From positions 51,274,001 to 51,338,000 of the forward strand of contig NC_042999.1 of NCBI RefSeq assembly GCF_006345805.1: 64,000 nucleotides of DNA. Reading direction: 5' to 3'. The DNA comes from Octopus sinensis. Its lineage: Eukaryota. Position numbers and translations under genes: made by a program. The notes under the pieces are model-generated. The model was not told where the DNA came from. It saw only the letters and a list, made by a program, of their open reading frames with translations, and did not search any database. Positions 34,917 to 47,945 of this stretch are shown here, in pieces; position 1 is the first letter of the stretch; every line of letters begins with the position of its first letter.

Positions 34917-35340
34917 GGCGCAGGAGTGGCTGTGTGATAAGTAACTTGCTAACCAGCCACATGGTTCCGGGTTCAATCCCACTGCGTGGCATGTTGGGCA
35001 AGTGTCTTCTGCTATAGCCTCGGGCCGACCAAAGCCTTGTGAGTGGATTTGGTAGATGGAAACTGAAATGTATATATATGTATGCTAGCATGGAAAGCGG
35101 ACGTTAAACAACAATGATGATGATGATGTGTATATGTTTGTGTGTCTGTGTTTGTCCCTCTAGCATTGCTTGACAACCGATGCTGGTGTGTTTACGTCCC
35201 CGTCACTTAGCAGTTCGGCAAAAGAGACCGATAGAATAAGTACTGGACTTACAAAGAATAAGTCCCGGGGTCCATTTGCTCGACTAAAGGCGGTGCTCCA
35301 GCATGGCCGCAGTCAAATGACTGAAACAAGTAAGAGAGAG
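34917..35340 (+). mobile_element. SINE family A, full length, with a nested 47-bp RTE tail
   Basis: ggcgcaggagtggctgtgtg head, ccgggttcaatccc B-box-like motif, ttgggcaag core-like motif, CR1-like tail. Confidence 0.9.
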
Positions 35341-35404
35341 ACAAAAGATGAAATAATTCCCGTTAGTTGTCGATCCAGAGATTGTTGAGATTGGAATGGG
35401 ACCA

Positions 35405-35640
35405 TTAACCCTAGTGATGTTGACAGCTTTCCGAAATAATTGATGCCAACCCACACAAGATTACTCCTTGTTCTATGATACATATTTCCTGTTTAAGTAA
35501 TCTAAATTAAAACCTTCCAGCAACATGTTATGTTAATGTTCTAAACACCAGCTTAAAGACAATTGTTTTACTAAATTCTTTATTCTTTTCAAAACTGAGA
35601 TGCAGCATATTGCAACAGCAATATAGCAACAAAAGGATTT
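35405..35640. mobile_element. decayed TTAA-type MITE (second family)
   Basis: ttaaccct at the left, aaaaggattt at the right; related to the insert at 50849. Confidence 0.5.
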
Positions 35641-36239
35641 GATACTGTGGAGATAAACTAAGCTGCCTGGTTAGTGCAAAAATAGGAAGGTTGTGTGTGT
35701 GTGTGTGTGTGAAATTGTGCTGTCAGTGTTGGCATGACTGGAAACAGAACTGGGAGATGTGTAAGTTTGTGGGGCAGCAGAGTGAAGGAAGTTACTAAGG
35801 TTATGAGCAAGGACATGTAAATTTTCTATGTTATCTCCTGGCATATGTCTTGGGAATGGATAGAAAACATTCACCCTGTAACTGTTTGATAAATGTTGTT
35901 TTAAATTGGCTTAGAGACAATGTATTGGGGAGATAAAGTTAAAAAGAAGCTGGAATTGTCAGCTGAAATAGTCTGGTGGGATAATTAGGCAGACTGTTCA
36001 ATGATTAATGAGTTAGTACCACTTAATTAAGTAGTCTAGATTGAAATGTCACCATTTTTAGTAACAGTGAAGCTGAAAGGGGAAAAAAATGACTTTGTTA
36101 AGCATTAGTCTGTACATTCAGTAACCCAACATTTTCGAGGTATTTCCCTAATTCCATCTCTTTTTAGATTTACAATCCTTCATAATCTCACTCAGTCTCT
36201 AATCTGTTGATTTCAACAAGACAAGATCCATTCTAATCT

Positions 36240-36960
36240 CATCATCATTGTTTAATGTCCACTTTCCATGCTGGCATGGGTTGGACGGTTTGACTGAGGA
36301 CTGGTGAGTCAGGCTCAATCTGATCTGGCAAAGTTTCTATGGCTGGATACCCTTCCTAACACCAACCACTCTGAGAGTGTAGTGGGTGCTTTTACGTGCC
36401 ACCAGGCAGTTTTGGAGCACCACTGATTCTATATTTCTGGTAAGGCAGCTGCAGGAGAAATACATAGCCAAAGATAAATCTCTGTACTTGTCTTTTGTTG
36501 ACCTGGAGAAAGCCTTTGACTGGGTCCCCTGATTCCTTATCAGGTGGTCAGTGCAGAAACTATGGATAGACAAGTGGTTGGTGAGAGCTATGTACAGGGA
36601 TGCTGTCAGTAAGGTGAAGAACACAGGCTGCCCCTGGGAGCTACTCTATGCTGATGACCTTGCTCTTATAGCTGAATCACTATTGCAACTATAGAAGTTT
36701 CAGGTATGGAAGTAGGGTTGAGAATTGGAGGGCCTTAGAGTTAACCTAGCAAAAACCAAAGTCTTAGTAAGTAGGAAAGCTGACAAATAACAAATCCCTT
36801 CAGGCAAATGGCCCCGCTTGATATGTAGAAAAGGTGTAGGTAGAAACTCCATAAGATGACCCTGTGTAAGCTATGAACACATAAGAGGTGCAGCAATATC
36901 AGTGGAAGGTTAACAGGGAAAACAGTTTTTGTGTGTGGAAGATGCACAGGTACAATAAAG
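36240..36960. mobile_element. chimeric RTE fragments (3' end on minus, then RT/PHD fragments on plus)
   Basis: catcatcattgtttaatgtcc at 36240; QLQEKYIAK, FVDLEKAFD and GCPWELLYADDL on plus. Confidence 0.8.
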
Positions 36961-37030
36961 CTGGGCTATATAACTGTGATTATTTTCTATCCGAATTTTC
37001 ATAAAAAGGCAAACAAATCACTCCCAGTGA

Positions 37031-37620
37031 CTTAGGATGTTATCAAATTTATGCAGGAGCTGTGATAGGCAGTCCTTGCCTTTGCAGAACCCATAGTTGT
37101 TGGAATTAGGAAGACTATTTTTTTTCTAGGAATTGAGTTACTTGAGATCTCACTGTCTCAAATAATTTGATGATTTGAGAAGTAAATGAGATTGGTTGGT
37201 AATTCACTGGGAGTGATTTGTTTGCTTTTTTAATAAAAATTGGGATAGAAAAATAATCACAGGTATACAGCCAGTGTCCAGAGGATAGCTAGAAAGGGTG
37301 TGATTTGATGTCAAATCTCCTTTAGGACTCTAGCAGAGAATCTATCAGGGCCCACAGCTGAGTTGTTTTTAATTTTGCACATAGCTGCTATGATATTCAA
37401 TGTGCCAATTGGATAGGATGTACTGGAGGTTTGCTTCATAGATGCTGTCCAGGTCAACCATATTGGAATTTCTGAAAGCAGAGCAGTATTGCTTCTGCAG
37501 AATCTCAACCATGTGCTTTGTACTCTTACAAATAAGTCGGCCACCTTAAGGTTTTTGGTGAATGAGATTATTCTGCAATTAAGTTTTATTTTCTCAATGG
37601 CTCAGTTCTTTGACTGTCAA
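37031..37620 (-). mobile_element. CR1-like LINE RT fragment
   Basis: KNNSAVGPDRFSARVLKE, NYQPISFTSQIIKLFE and YGFCKGKDCLSQLL on minus. Confidence 0.75.
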
Positions 37621-38039
37621 TGACAGTCTGAATTATGTTTCTTTAATTCCAGTAAAGTTATATATCTGTCGAGTGGGTGGGTGGGGGGAGCGGTTGCTGC
37701 TAGCAATATTGTAGTCAGTTGGTTTTTTTTATTTGTCCTCTTTATTTTTCTAAGTGTTTTTTCTGTTAAGTAGAAGCCAGTGTTTAGCTTTGCTCCTGGA
37801 CCTTAGTGGAATGTGGTGGGGACATATATTTGTGACAATGTCCACAAATAACTACCAGGAAGTATTGATGCTGGTTGGGGTTTGAGTTGGTAAAAAACCA
37901 ATCAACAAATGAAGGATTGTAAATCATTGATCCTGCTAAGACCTTAGGGCAATCAGTATCTTCTGAATGAATTGAAATGAATTTAATAGATGGAAACTGA
38001 ACATGAGCAAGTCTACTTGATTTTGTCATTTTGACTGTG

Positions 38040-38590
38040 GCCATGCTGGAGCACTGCATTTAGTCGAACCAAATTGACCCCAGGACTTATTCTTTGTAAG
38101 CCTAGTACTTATATCAGTCTCTTTTGCAAAACTGCTAAGTTACAGGGGTCATAAACACAGCAACGTCAGTTGTCATATGATGGTGTTGGGGACAAGCACA
38201 GATACACAAATACATATCTATCTATCTATCTTGTTTCAGTCATTTGACTTGGCCATGCTGGAGCACCGCCTTTAGTCAAGCACATCGACCCCAGGACTTA
38301 TTCTTTGTAAGTCTAGTACTTATTCTATTGGTTTCTTTTGCCGAACCGTTAAGTAACAGAGACGTAAACACAGCACCATTGGTTGTCAAGCGATGTTGGG
38401 GAGACAAACACATAAACACACACATACATATACATATATACAACGGGCTTCTTTCAGTTTCCATTTACCGAATCCTCTCACAAGATTCATGGTAGAAGGC
38501 ACTTGCCCAAGGTGCCACACAGTGGGAATGAACCCGGAACTATGAGGTTGGTAAGCAAGCTACTTACCACACAGCCAATCCTGTGCCTAT
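38040..38590 (-). mobile_element. two adjacent SINE family A copies (3' half plus full length)
   Basis: Reverse complement of the family A consensus. Confidence 0.88.
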
Positions 38591-39239
38591 ATATATACGA
38601 AATTGAATTTCTGTCTATTTGTTTGTCAAAATGAAAGTAAAGACAGCAAATCTGTAGTAGTCTCACCCTGCTTCAGATTCGAAACTGAATCTTTCAATTC
38701 TCCTTGGATATATGGCTTATTCAAATGCCAAAAGGAACCATGACAAATGGGCATTCCACTTGACCTGTGGCCTTTTCAGTGCCATTACACACACACCTGG
38801 ATTCAGTAAAGCTATTGTTCTATATGATATAGCTATTTTTCTAGCTTGTCGGTTCAGTTATAAAATTACAAACTTCTTTGAGATAGGCAGAGAGAACCCA
38901 ACAGTCAAGCGAGATGCATGAGACACACACACACAGAACTTGATAGGGAAAGGAAAAACATCGACACACCCGCAAAAACCACATCAATAACATGCATTCT
39001 GACTTAAACTTCTCTATCACACAGCGCCTTGCCTTGCATTCCTGTAATATAGTGTTGGGAATTCAGTGCTAACACTGACAGGACACAGCATTTGTAATTT
39101 CATTTCACTATTACATACTGATATTCCTTATCAAAAAAAATGTCTCCTAAAAAACAGAGCATCAAAAAACAAACACCATAGAAACACATGATGTGCAGTG
39201 GAAAACAAAGATGAGATGCACATGGCTTTCAGATAGATA

Positions 39240-39640
39240 GGCGCATGAGTGGCTGTGTGGTAAGTAGCTTGCTTACGAACCACATGGTTCCGGGTTCAGT
39301 CCCACTGCGTGGTACCTTGGGTAAGTGTCTTCTACTGTAGCCTCAGGCCGACCAAAGCCTTGTGAGTGGATTTGGTAGACGGAAACTGAAAGAAACCCAT
39401 CATATATATGTATATATATTTATGTGCGTGTTTGTGTGTCTATGTTTGTTCCCCCAATATCGCTTGACAACCGATGCTGGTGTGTTTACGTCTCCGTAAG
39501 TTAGTGGTTCGGCAAAAAGAGACCGATAAAATAAGTACTAGGCTTACAAAGAATCAGTCCTGGGGTCGATTTGATCGACTAAAGGCGGTGCTCCAGCATG
39601 GCCACAGTCACATGACTGAAACAAGTAAAAGAGAGTAAAG
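39240..39640 (+). mobile_element. SINE family A, full length
   Basis: Matches 47522 and 61240. Confidence 0.92.
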
Positions 39641-39644
39641 AGAG

Positions 39645-40910
39645 ATGATCAACAAAAAAAGAAAGAAAGCTCGGTGTGTATCTGAAACCAAATATCAAAG
39701 AAATGCATAACATGCAAACGGCCAACAAAGAATGACCAAGTTGACGTGCAGCAGAAAATGAAGACAAAAGAGGTGCACAACTTGCAGTTGATTGTCTTTG
39801 AAGAGTATCATCACATCGTATGCAAGAAACACCACAAGAAGCTGCAGATAGATCTGAAAAATGACCGAATCGGGCACAACGAAGTTAGGTCAAGTCAGCA
39901 GTAAGCATCTTGCTGCTTTCGGTTACAACTCCAATCATCGCTATGAATCTGAAATTCGCTCGATGTCTTACCAATGCTATTACTATGGTGGTAAAAAATG
40001 GTTAAATGAACTACATGGACTACATACACTGTAGGAAGGGGCAAATTATGCTACCTTTCTTTCCTGACTTTCCTGAAGAACTGAAAAGTTTTCTTCATGG
40101 ACCCTTCCATCAATTCAAAGCATTTTCTACAATAAATACAACACTATAATAATGCTTTCCAAATGACTTCATTTGAAGTAAATATTGTGAATGAGGGAGG
40201 ATTCGTGTTCACATTCAAAATCCAAGGTCAAGTATATCATCAATCTGGTGACATTTTACCACTAGAAAATGAAGCCCATAAATTTTTGCAAGTTTATTTC
40301 ATTAACAATATACAAAAACAAGCTGAAGCAAGGTAAAATCTTAATGAAGGGCTTCACTTTGATATAATGCAACTTCAACAAATGCTCCAAAACAATCATT
40401 ATATCAGGAATTTCAAATGTACCCTTGATAATACACAAAGAAGAAATTTTCAATTGGTAATCAATTCTAATGGAGGCCCCCAACTGAGCATTCACGGCAT
40501 TTCAATACCCCAGAAACTAATGAAGTTGCTATAATCTTATCAAGTAAACAAACTGGAAAACAGCATATTATAAAGTGTAGAGATTGTTCCATTCAACAGG
40601 TAAGTGATACACTTTGCTCCTATGGTGCTCTACAGTACCCATTGCTTTCTCCATATGGAACAGATGGATATCACTTTGGTTTTCTTCAGGTAAATCCTTA
40701 AAATCCTTAAAAATTGTTTTAGCCCGAAGGCCGCAGCCATGCTGGGGCACCACCGCTAGGTAGGAGAAAATTCTACAAAAACTGTATCATTATTGGATTT
40801 TTATGCATTTCATCTGATGCTTAGCCCCATCAGTTTCAATTTATTGCATTGAAGTAGGGATTTTATTTCAACAATTTGTTGTTGATATGTATGCCAAGAC
40901 TGAATCATTG
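39645..40910 (+). mobile_element. decayed autonomous Helitron Rep/Hel N-terminal fragment
   Basis: HYNNAFQMTSF, EGGFVFTFKIQGQVYH, HKFLQVYF, ALQYPLL and QQFVVDMYAKTES across frames. Confidence 0.85.
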
Positions 40911-41272
40911 GAGTTGTAACTGAAAACAGCAAGATGCTTACTGCTGACTTGACCTAACTTCGTTGTGCCCGATTCCGTCATTTTCCCATCTATCTGCAGT
41001 TTCTTGTGTTTCTTGCATACAATGTGATGATGCCCTTCAAATTTGCCATTACTATCATTGCATTCAACAATGGGTAAATTAGCTATTTAAATGAAGTGTA
41101 TTGCCATTAGTGTATTGATAAGTAAAATAAAACTTACAGCTCACTTATTATTGTCATATAATAAACAAACAGAAGTTCATGTAAAATTGATCTTTTTTCT
41201 ATTTTGATTATTACATGTTTTTCTCTTATAAAATACACACATACAGGAGGAGTTAATTATATATAACAGTAC

Positions 41273-41299
<27 letters not shown>

Positions 41300-41305
<6 letters not shown>

Positions 41306-41465
41306 ATGGGCTTCTTTCAATTTCCATCTACCAAATCCACTCAAGGTTTTGGTCAGTCCAAGGCTATAGTAAAAGACACTTGCCCAAGATGCCACGCAGT
41401 GGGACTGAACCTGGAACCATGTGGTTGGGAAGGAAGCTTCTTACCATACAGCCACTCCTGCACCT
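41300..41465 (-). mobile_element. SINE family A 5' half
   Basis: ...ttgcccaagatgccacgcagtgggactgaacc...cagccactcctgcacc. Confidence 0.85.
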
Positions 41466-41498
41466 ATTAACCCACTCCTGCGTGTATATATATATATA

Positions 41499-41543
<45 letters not shown>

Positions 41544-41743
41544 GTGAAAGATAGTGTTTTTGTGTGCAACCATTGGTATTACAGACTGGTGGCTCAGTAT
41601 TTTTGATGACCTGCGAGATGAAAAATCTGTTTTTTGGAATACAAATGAGGGTTGGCAACAGGAAGAACATCTGGCTCTAAAATCCTGCATCAAATTGGAA
41701 TGGTACATAAAAAGACATTAAATGAACAAATAAACAAACAATA

Positions 41744-41782
<39 letters not shown>

Positions 41783-41811
41783 TATGTACGTATATATGTA
41801 TGTGTATATAT

Positions 41812-43560
41812 TATCATTTAACCTCCATTGTCCATACTAGTATGGGTTTGACTGGGCTGGCATGCTGGAAGGCAGCACCAGCCTCCAATCTGATTTGGCA
41901 TGGTTTTCTATGGCTGGATGCCCTTCCTAACGCTACCCGCTACAAGAGTGTAATGGCTGTTTTTTACGTGCCACTGGTATATGCCACAACTGATTTTGCT
42001 TGGCTTGATGGGTCTTCTTAAGTACAACATAATGCCAAAGGCCTTGGTCATTGCCTCCATGAGGCCCAACACTCAAAAGGAACTTGGCCACCTGCCTCCA
42101 TGAAGCCCAATGCTCAAAAGGAACTCATCCACTTGCCTCCATGAGGCCCAGTGCTCGAAGGAACTCAGCCACTATGCTTCCATGTGGCCCAATACTTGAA
42201 AGAAACTCAGCCAGTTTGCCTCTGTGAGGCCCAACGTTCAAGGTTGATTTTCTTTTGTGCCACCAGCTCGGGTGCACTTGACTTGATGGTCCTCTTAAGC
42301 CGAGCACATCACCAAAGGCCTTGGTCACTAGTTATTGCCTCTATGAGGCCCAGTGCTCAAAGATCATGCTTCACTACCTCATCCCATGTCTTCTTGGGTC
42401 TACTTTTACCACAGGTTCTCTCCACAGTTAAAGATCGGCACTTTTCACAGCTGTCATCACATGACCATACCAGTGCAGTCTCCTCTCTTGCACACCACAT
42501 CTGATGCCTCTTATGCCTAACTTTTCGCTCAAGATGCTTACACTCTGTCAAACATGCACACTAACATTGCATACCCAGCAAAGCATACTGGCTTCATTTC
42601 TTTCAAGCCTACACATGTCCTTGGCCCATGTTTCACTGCCATGCAGCATAGCTGTTCACACACAGGCATCAAACAATCTGCCTCTCACTCTGAGAGAGAG
42701 GCCCTTTATTGCTAGCAGGGGTAGATGCTCTCTGAACTTTACCCAACCTAATCTTATTCTCACAGCTACACTTTCAGAACATCCACTTCCACTACTAACC
42801 TGGTTGCCTATATACCGGTGGTAGCTATCTACTACCTCTAGCTTGTACCCCATAGCAGTTGATGGTGTCTATTTTCCGCACATGTTCAGCATTTATTATG
42901 CCTGTGCATCTTCCACATACAAAAGATAGTTTCTCTGTTAACCTTCCTCTCATGCTGCTGCACTTTTTGTGTGTCCAAAGCTTGCACTGGGTGCATCTTA
43001 TGGAGTTCTACCAAAGGGGATTTCTGATTTGTTTGTCTTTGATTTTTGCTTGGTTAACTCTAAGGCCCTTTGATTCTAGACTTTGTTTCCATACCTGGAA
43101 CATTTCTAGCAAGTTCATCAGCATAGAGGAGCTCCCAGGGGCAGCTTGTCTTGAATTCCTACGTTATTGCCTGGAGAACTCTGATGAACAGGAGGGGGCT
43201 GAGCACTGAACTTTGGTGAAACCCTACTTCTACCCTGAATTCTTTACTGTACTTGTTGCCCACCTTCACCTTACTGATAGCATCTCTGTACAAGGCTTAT
43301 ACAGCTCTCACCAACCACTCGTCTCTCTCTAGTTTTCGCATTGACCACCAGATAAGTGATTGGGTGACTCTGTCAAAAGCTTTCTCCAAGTTAACAAAAG
43401 CCAAGTACAGAGGTTCATCTTTGGCTAGGGATTTCTCCTGCAGTTGCCTTACTGGAAATATAGCATCAGTGGTGTTTATACTTGGCACAAACCCAAACTG
43501 CATCTCATCTAGACCAACTATCTCCCTGATTACGACTCTCCACAACTTTCATCACCTGAT
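41812..43560 (-). mobile_element. decayed 5'-truncated RTE LINE
   Basis: 3' end at 41812; YKLEVVDS, FGFVPSINTTDAIF and FVNLEKAFDRV motifs. Confidence 0.88.
42052..42245. repeat. 41-bp tandem repeat x~5 derived from the RTE ORF end
   Basis: Units at 42052, 42093, 42134, 42175 and 42217. Confidence 0.85.
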
Positions 43561-43618
43561 CCAACAATTTGATATCTTAGTAATTGTATCTATACACACA
43601 CACACACACACACACACA

Positions 43619-44810
43619 CTGGGTCCATAAGATATTTGAGGACAGATTTATGTTTATAAAAAACATCTATATAATAACAGATAACTTTATTTATCAAAGA
43701 ATGCTATGAGGATAAAAATAAACCTTCTTTTCTATAATGTTATTCAATAAAGCCACCTTGAGCTTCAACGACTGCTTCTATATGAGATCTAAATCATCTA
43801 CATGTTTGAATCAAGTGGTCCTGGTTCATTTTGGACATTACTCTGACTATGGCAGCTTTCAAAGAATCTTTGGTGTTATGGGCGTGTTCATTGACTTTTC
43901 AACAATGCTCCCCATGTAATAATCCAATGGATTGAGATCTGGGGAATTAGGAGGCCAAATATTAGTGGGTATGTGATCAAGAAAATTTTCAGCCATCCAT
44001 TCCCCTGTTACTAGGCCATGCATGATAGTGCAGTCTTACTGAAACATATATGGCCTTTCATTGCATGCACTGTTTATCCAGGGCTTAACAATTATTTCCA
44101 GGACCTCAATATAGGTGGCAGAATTAACTCTAAGGCCTTGTGGAAAGAAGTAGAGAGGCATCATATGTCCTTTACTGCTGACAACCCCTAAAGCCATGAC
44201 AGTTGCAGGAAATTTTGTATGCATAACACTTGGAACTTCAGAAGGGTCTGCACATAACCATCTGTCATTTCTTCTGTTAACTTTTTGATCTTGGTTGAAG
44301 CTGGATTTTTCAGTTTAAGAGACTTTTAGATTTGATGTAGTGGTTTTCTTTTTCTGACAAATCGACCTTTCCTTATCCTATAAGACTTACATCTGATGAC
44401 TTCATGGACAACACATCAGACTGTTCCTTCTGACACATGGAGATCTATTGCAATTGACCTCATGGAATTTCTGGGATTGTAATCAATGGTCTGTTGAACT
44501 TGCTGGGTAAATCCAGGTGTTCTGATGATTTAGAATGACTTTTATGCTTTGATACTGGTGATACATTTCCATTTTCAGTCTCTAGCTCCTTACAAACTTT
44601 GTAGATGAAAGATCTGGCAACTTTTAAAAGTTGAGATATTTCTAAATCGCTATGCTCAGCATTTATAACCACAAAATATGCCTCTTCATTTCTTGAGTAA
44701 ACTGAGGGTTTGCCATTGTTATTTTCTGAAACAAAGATTATACAGAGTTAGCAAAAATGCAGCAATGACCCCCCAAAAATGGTATGTCCTCAAATACATT
44801 ACGCTCCCTG
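43619..44810 (-). mobile_element. maT/DD37D-like Tc1-mariner element, decayed
   Basis: TKFPATVMALGVVSS, PQGLRVN, RPYMFQ and WPPNSPDLNPLDY; imperfect TIRs around atttgaggaca / tgtcctcaaat. Confidence 0.8.
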
Positions 44811-44832
44811 TATATACATGTGTGTGTGTGTA

Positions 44833-46097
44833 TTGGGTCATCCCATAAATAATGCTGTTTTTTTATGCTTCTTTTATTTTCCAAAATTAAGATAAAGTTC
44901 TTTTTAAATCTAAAATATACTTTCCTTCATTCCTACAATGCTCTTCCATCTATCTGGTAGACTTGCAAGGCCCCTCTTCCAAAATTCGCTTGTCCATGAT
45001 GAAAAATACTCTTCCAGTACTGTTCTGATCTTGTCTACAAAATTCACTTTTTTGTGTCCAAATGATTTTGAACACTGCAGAATAAATAATTAGATGGGGC
45101 AATGTTCATCGAATATGGTGGGTGGGGCATTGTTTTCCATTCAAACTGCTCTAGCCTTTAGAATGTCATCCTCACTGTATGTGGCTGAGCATTATCCTGA
45201 TGGAAGACCACCTTTCATCTTGAAACCAAAGATGGTGGTGTTTTTCTTCTAGCGCTGACATAAGCTGTTCGCAGTAGATCTCCTTTGTTATTGTTTGGTT
45301 TGGATTTAAAAGTTCAAAGTGGACTAAACCTTTCATATCCCACCAAACAGATCACATCTTATGTGGGTGAAGACCTTTAAGCCTGGGGTGCCAGTGTTTC
45401 TCCTTTCCCTACCCACTGTCTTCGGTGCTTGACATTTTTATAGAGAACCCATTTCTCATCACCAGTCACTATTTGGTCCAAAAAGGGTTCATTCGTGAGA
45501 CATAAGAGCAAAGAAGAGTACACATTCATTCTCTGCCCGCGATTAGACACGGAAAGTTTGTGAGGAACCCATTGACCCAATTTGCTGACTTTTCCAATGG
45601 CACGCAGGTGTCAATGAATGGTTAAATGACCAAATCCAAACTTCTCTGCTAGTTCCTCAACAGTTACGATGGGATTTTGTTCCACCAGGATTTGCTGGAC
45701 GTCCTCGTCGAGCACTACAGATCTTCCAGGATGAGGTTCATCTTCTAGGCTGTAGTTTCCAGCTCAGAATTTCTGGAGCCACTGTTGACACTGGCTTATA
45801 TGCTTATTATCTGATCCACATTTACTACATTAATATTCCTCACACTTCCCGTTGTGTTGTTGCTTTTTTATTGGACTCATAAAGCAAAATATGCTGAATG
45901 TGCTCCTTTGGCACTTCCATTAGAGCTTTGAAAAAATAACTGTTAAAATCAAACTGCATTCTTCAAAACTTGCACTAAGAATAGACAAAGGTAAAATTAC
46001 TTCCTGCTTTTATAGCAAGTTGATACAGGTAGTTTATCCTGTCCTCCGACTTTTAGTTCATGCAATTGAAAAAAACATTATTTATGGGATGACTCAA
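44833..46097 (-). mobile_element. mariner element (same family as 20805), both TIRs present
   Basis: TA|ttgggtcatcccataaataatg ... cattatttatgggatgactcaa|TA; WVPHKL and IVTGDEKWVLYKN. Confidence 0.93.
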
Positions 46098-47244
46098 TAC
46101 ACTCACACATTTTTGCTCTTTCTCATTGGTGGTTTTAACACTGTCAATAAGATCTAATGTAAAAGAATTCTTTATTTGTTACAGATTGCAGTATATTTTT
46201 CTAAAAACCTTGATCTGTCTCATTACATTAAATTTTTTTCATCTTCAACTAATATTATTATTATGTCTTGTGTAATTTTGTATCAGTAATAAATGTGACC
46301 GTAATGCAACCTTGTAGCAAGGAACTTGTGGAAGCAGTCACTATACTTTGTTGTGTCTTGTAACAGAAATATATCATCTTGTTGTCTGCTTCCTTCTTTA
46401 TACTGAGATAATTTATTCTCCTAATTATATGATGACATAAACTGGCAGCTCCAAATAAAGACACATTTATCTTCTACAAAATAACCACATACTGTAAAAT
46501 AACTGCTATCAAGTTAATTTAATCAAAGTTGAATCACATTGTGAAAAAGCCATTCTTGCCATTTAAAAAGAAAGAAAAACTTGTTGAAATTAATCCACTC
46601 AAAAGGACCCTTGATTCAATGATACAAACATCCTGATGTCATGCTAATTTGTTTAAAACACCTTATTTAAAGTTTGTTTCACTACATTCTTCATATTTTC
46701 CAAATGAATTAAGATGAAGGTAATTTTGTGTTTGAACAGAATAGACATGTTGTAACAAAAAACTTAAATTCACTGGAAATTTATTTCTTGCAGTGAAGCT
46801 TATAATGAGAACACAGTGCTTAAAAGGACTCTAAGGGCTTTTCCACAATATTGCTGCTTCAGTTTAAACACATAGTCTCATACATGGTCGTCAAGTACAA
46901 CTCATTAACTTTGTTTTTTAATAAATTGTGGAATTGATATTTGGTCTTTGGTTTCCATAATGTAATATAACTTTTTTCTTTTCTTTTTTAAATACCAGTT
47001 TTCATAAAACTGAACAGAAAACAAAGTGCCACTTGGTGCTATCCTTAGATCTATTGTCGAAAAATATACTGTCTGGCTGTAGACTATACTTCACATTATG
47101 GTCTGTTTGTCAAGTACTGTATGTATGATAGTCTGGACCACATACTAATTGTACAGGTGTTTTAGTGTAATAATTGTTCCTGATATTTTATACACAATAT
47201 TATCTGAAATCTAAAAGTTAAAATCAAAAGTATTTTGCTTTCAG

Positions 47245-47357
47245 CATTTCTGGTGGCAGTCCTCTCACAATGTTGACGTGTATAAAGACCGAAGATCGGG
47301 GTTTGGCTATCGATACAAGAACTGAAGACTCTCTCTGTGTTGAAGAAATCAGTTCAG
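47245..47357 (+). CDS. internal coding exon of an unidentified host gene (phase 2 to 1): ISGGSPLTMLTCIKTEDRGLAIDTRTEDSLCVEEISS
   Basis: Acceptor tattttgctttcag, donor CAG|GTAAAG; only one open frame; non-repeat sequence. Confidence 0.6.
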
Positions 47358-47521
47358 GTAAAGCTCTTTCATTGTCTTCTTCTATTAATTTTCTCAAGAA
47401 GTAAACACAGGTTTCAAGATAATTGGTTCATACCCAAATCTGCTTCATACCAGTATTAAGTTGTTCCTAAAAAAATGAAAATGTCTTCCTCTCTGAAGAT
47501 ATCAAAAATACGTCACATATA

Positions 47522-47686
47522 GGCGCAGGAGTGGCTGTGTGGTAAGTAGCTTGTTTACCAACCACATGGTTCCGGGTTCAGTCCCACTGCATGGCACCTT
47601 GGGCAAGTGTCTTCTACTATAGCCTCGGGCCGACCAAAGCCTTGTGAGTGGATTTGGTAGACGGAAACTGAAAGAAGCCTGTCGTT

Positions 47687-47721
<35 letters not shown>

Positions 47722-47945
47722 GCGTGTGTGTGTTTGTGTGTCTGTGTTTGTCCCCACTAGCATTGCTTGACATCCGATGCTGGTGTGTCTATGTCCCCAT
47801 TACTTAGCAGTTCGGCAAAAGAGACCGATAGAATAAGTACTGGGCTTATAAAAGAATAAGTCCCGGGGTCGAGTTGCTCAATTAAAGGTGGTGCTCCAGC
47901 ATGGCCGCAGTCAAATGACTGAAACAAGTAAATGAGAGTAAAAGA
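47522..47945 (+). mobile_element. SINE family A, full length
   Basis: Head, central (TA)/(TG) tract and CR1-like tail all present. Confidence 0.92.

Noticed and set aside
35170-35388. Recurrent small ORFs such as MTTDAGVFT... (also 61436) and MLGGQIH.../MSSNASGD...
   Set aside because: Reading frames within multi-copy SINE A, not genes.
38712-38921. 69-aa ORF in non-repeat sequence
   Set aside because: No fitting donor or acceptor pair, no recognisable motif.
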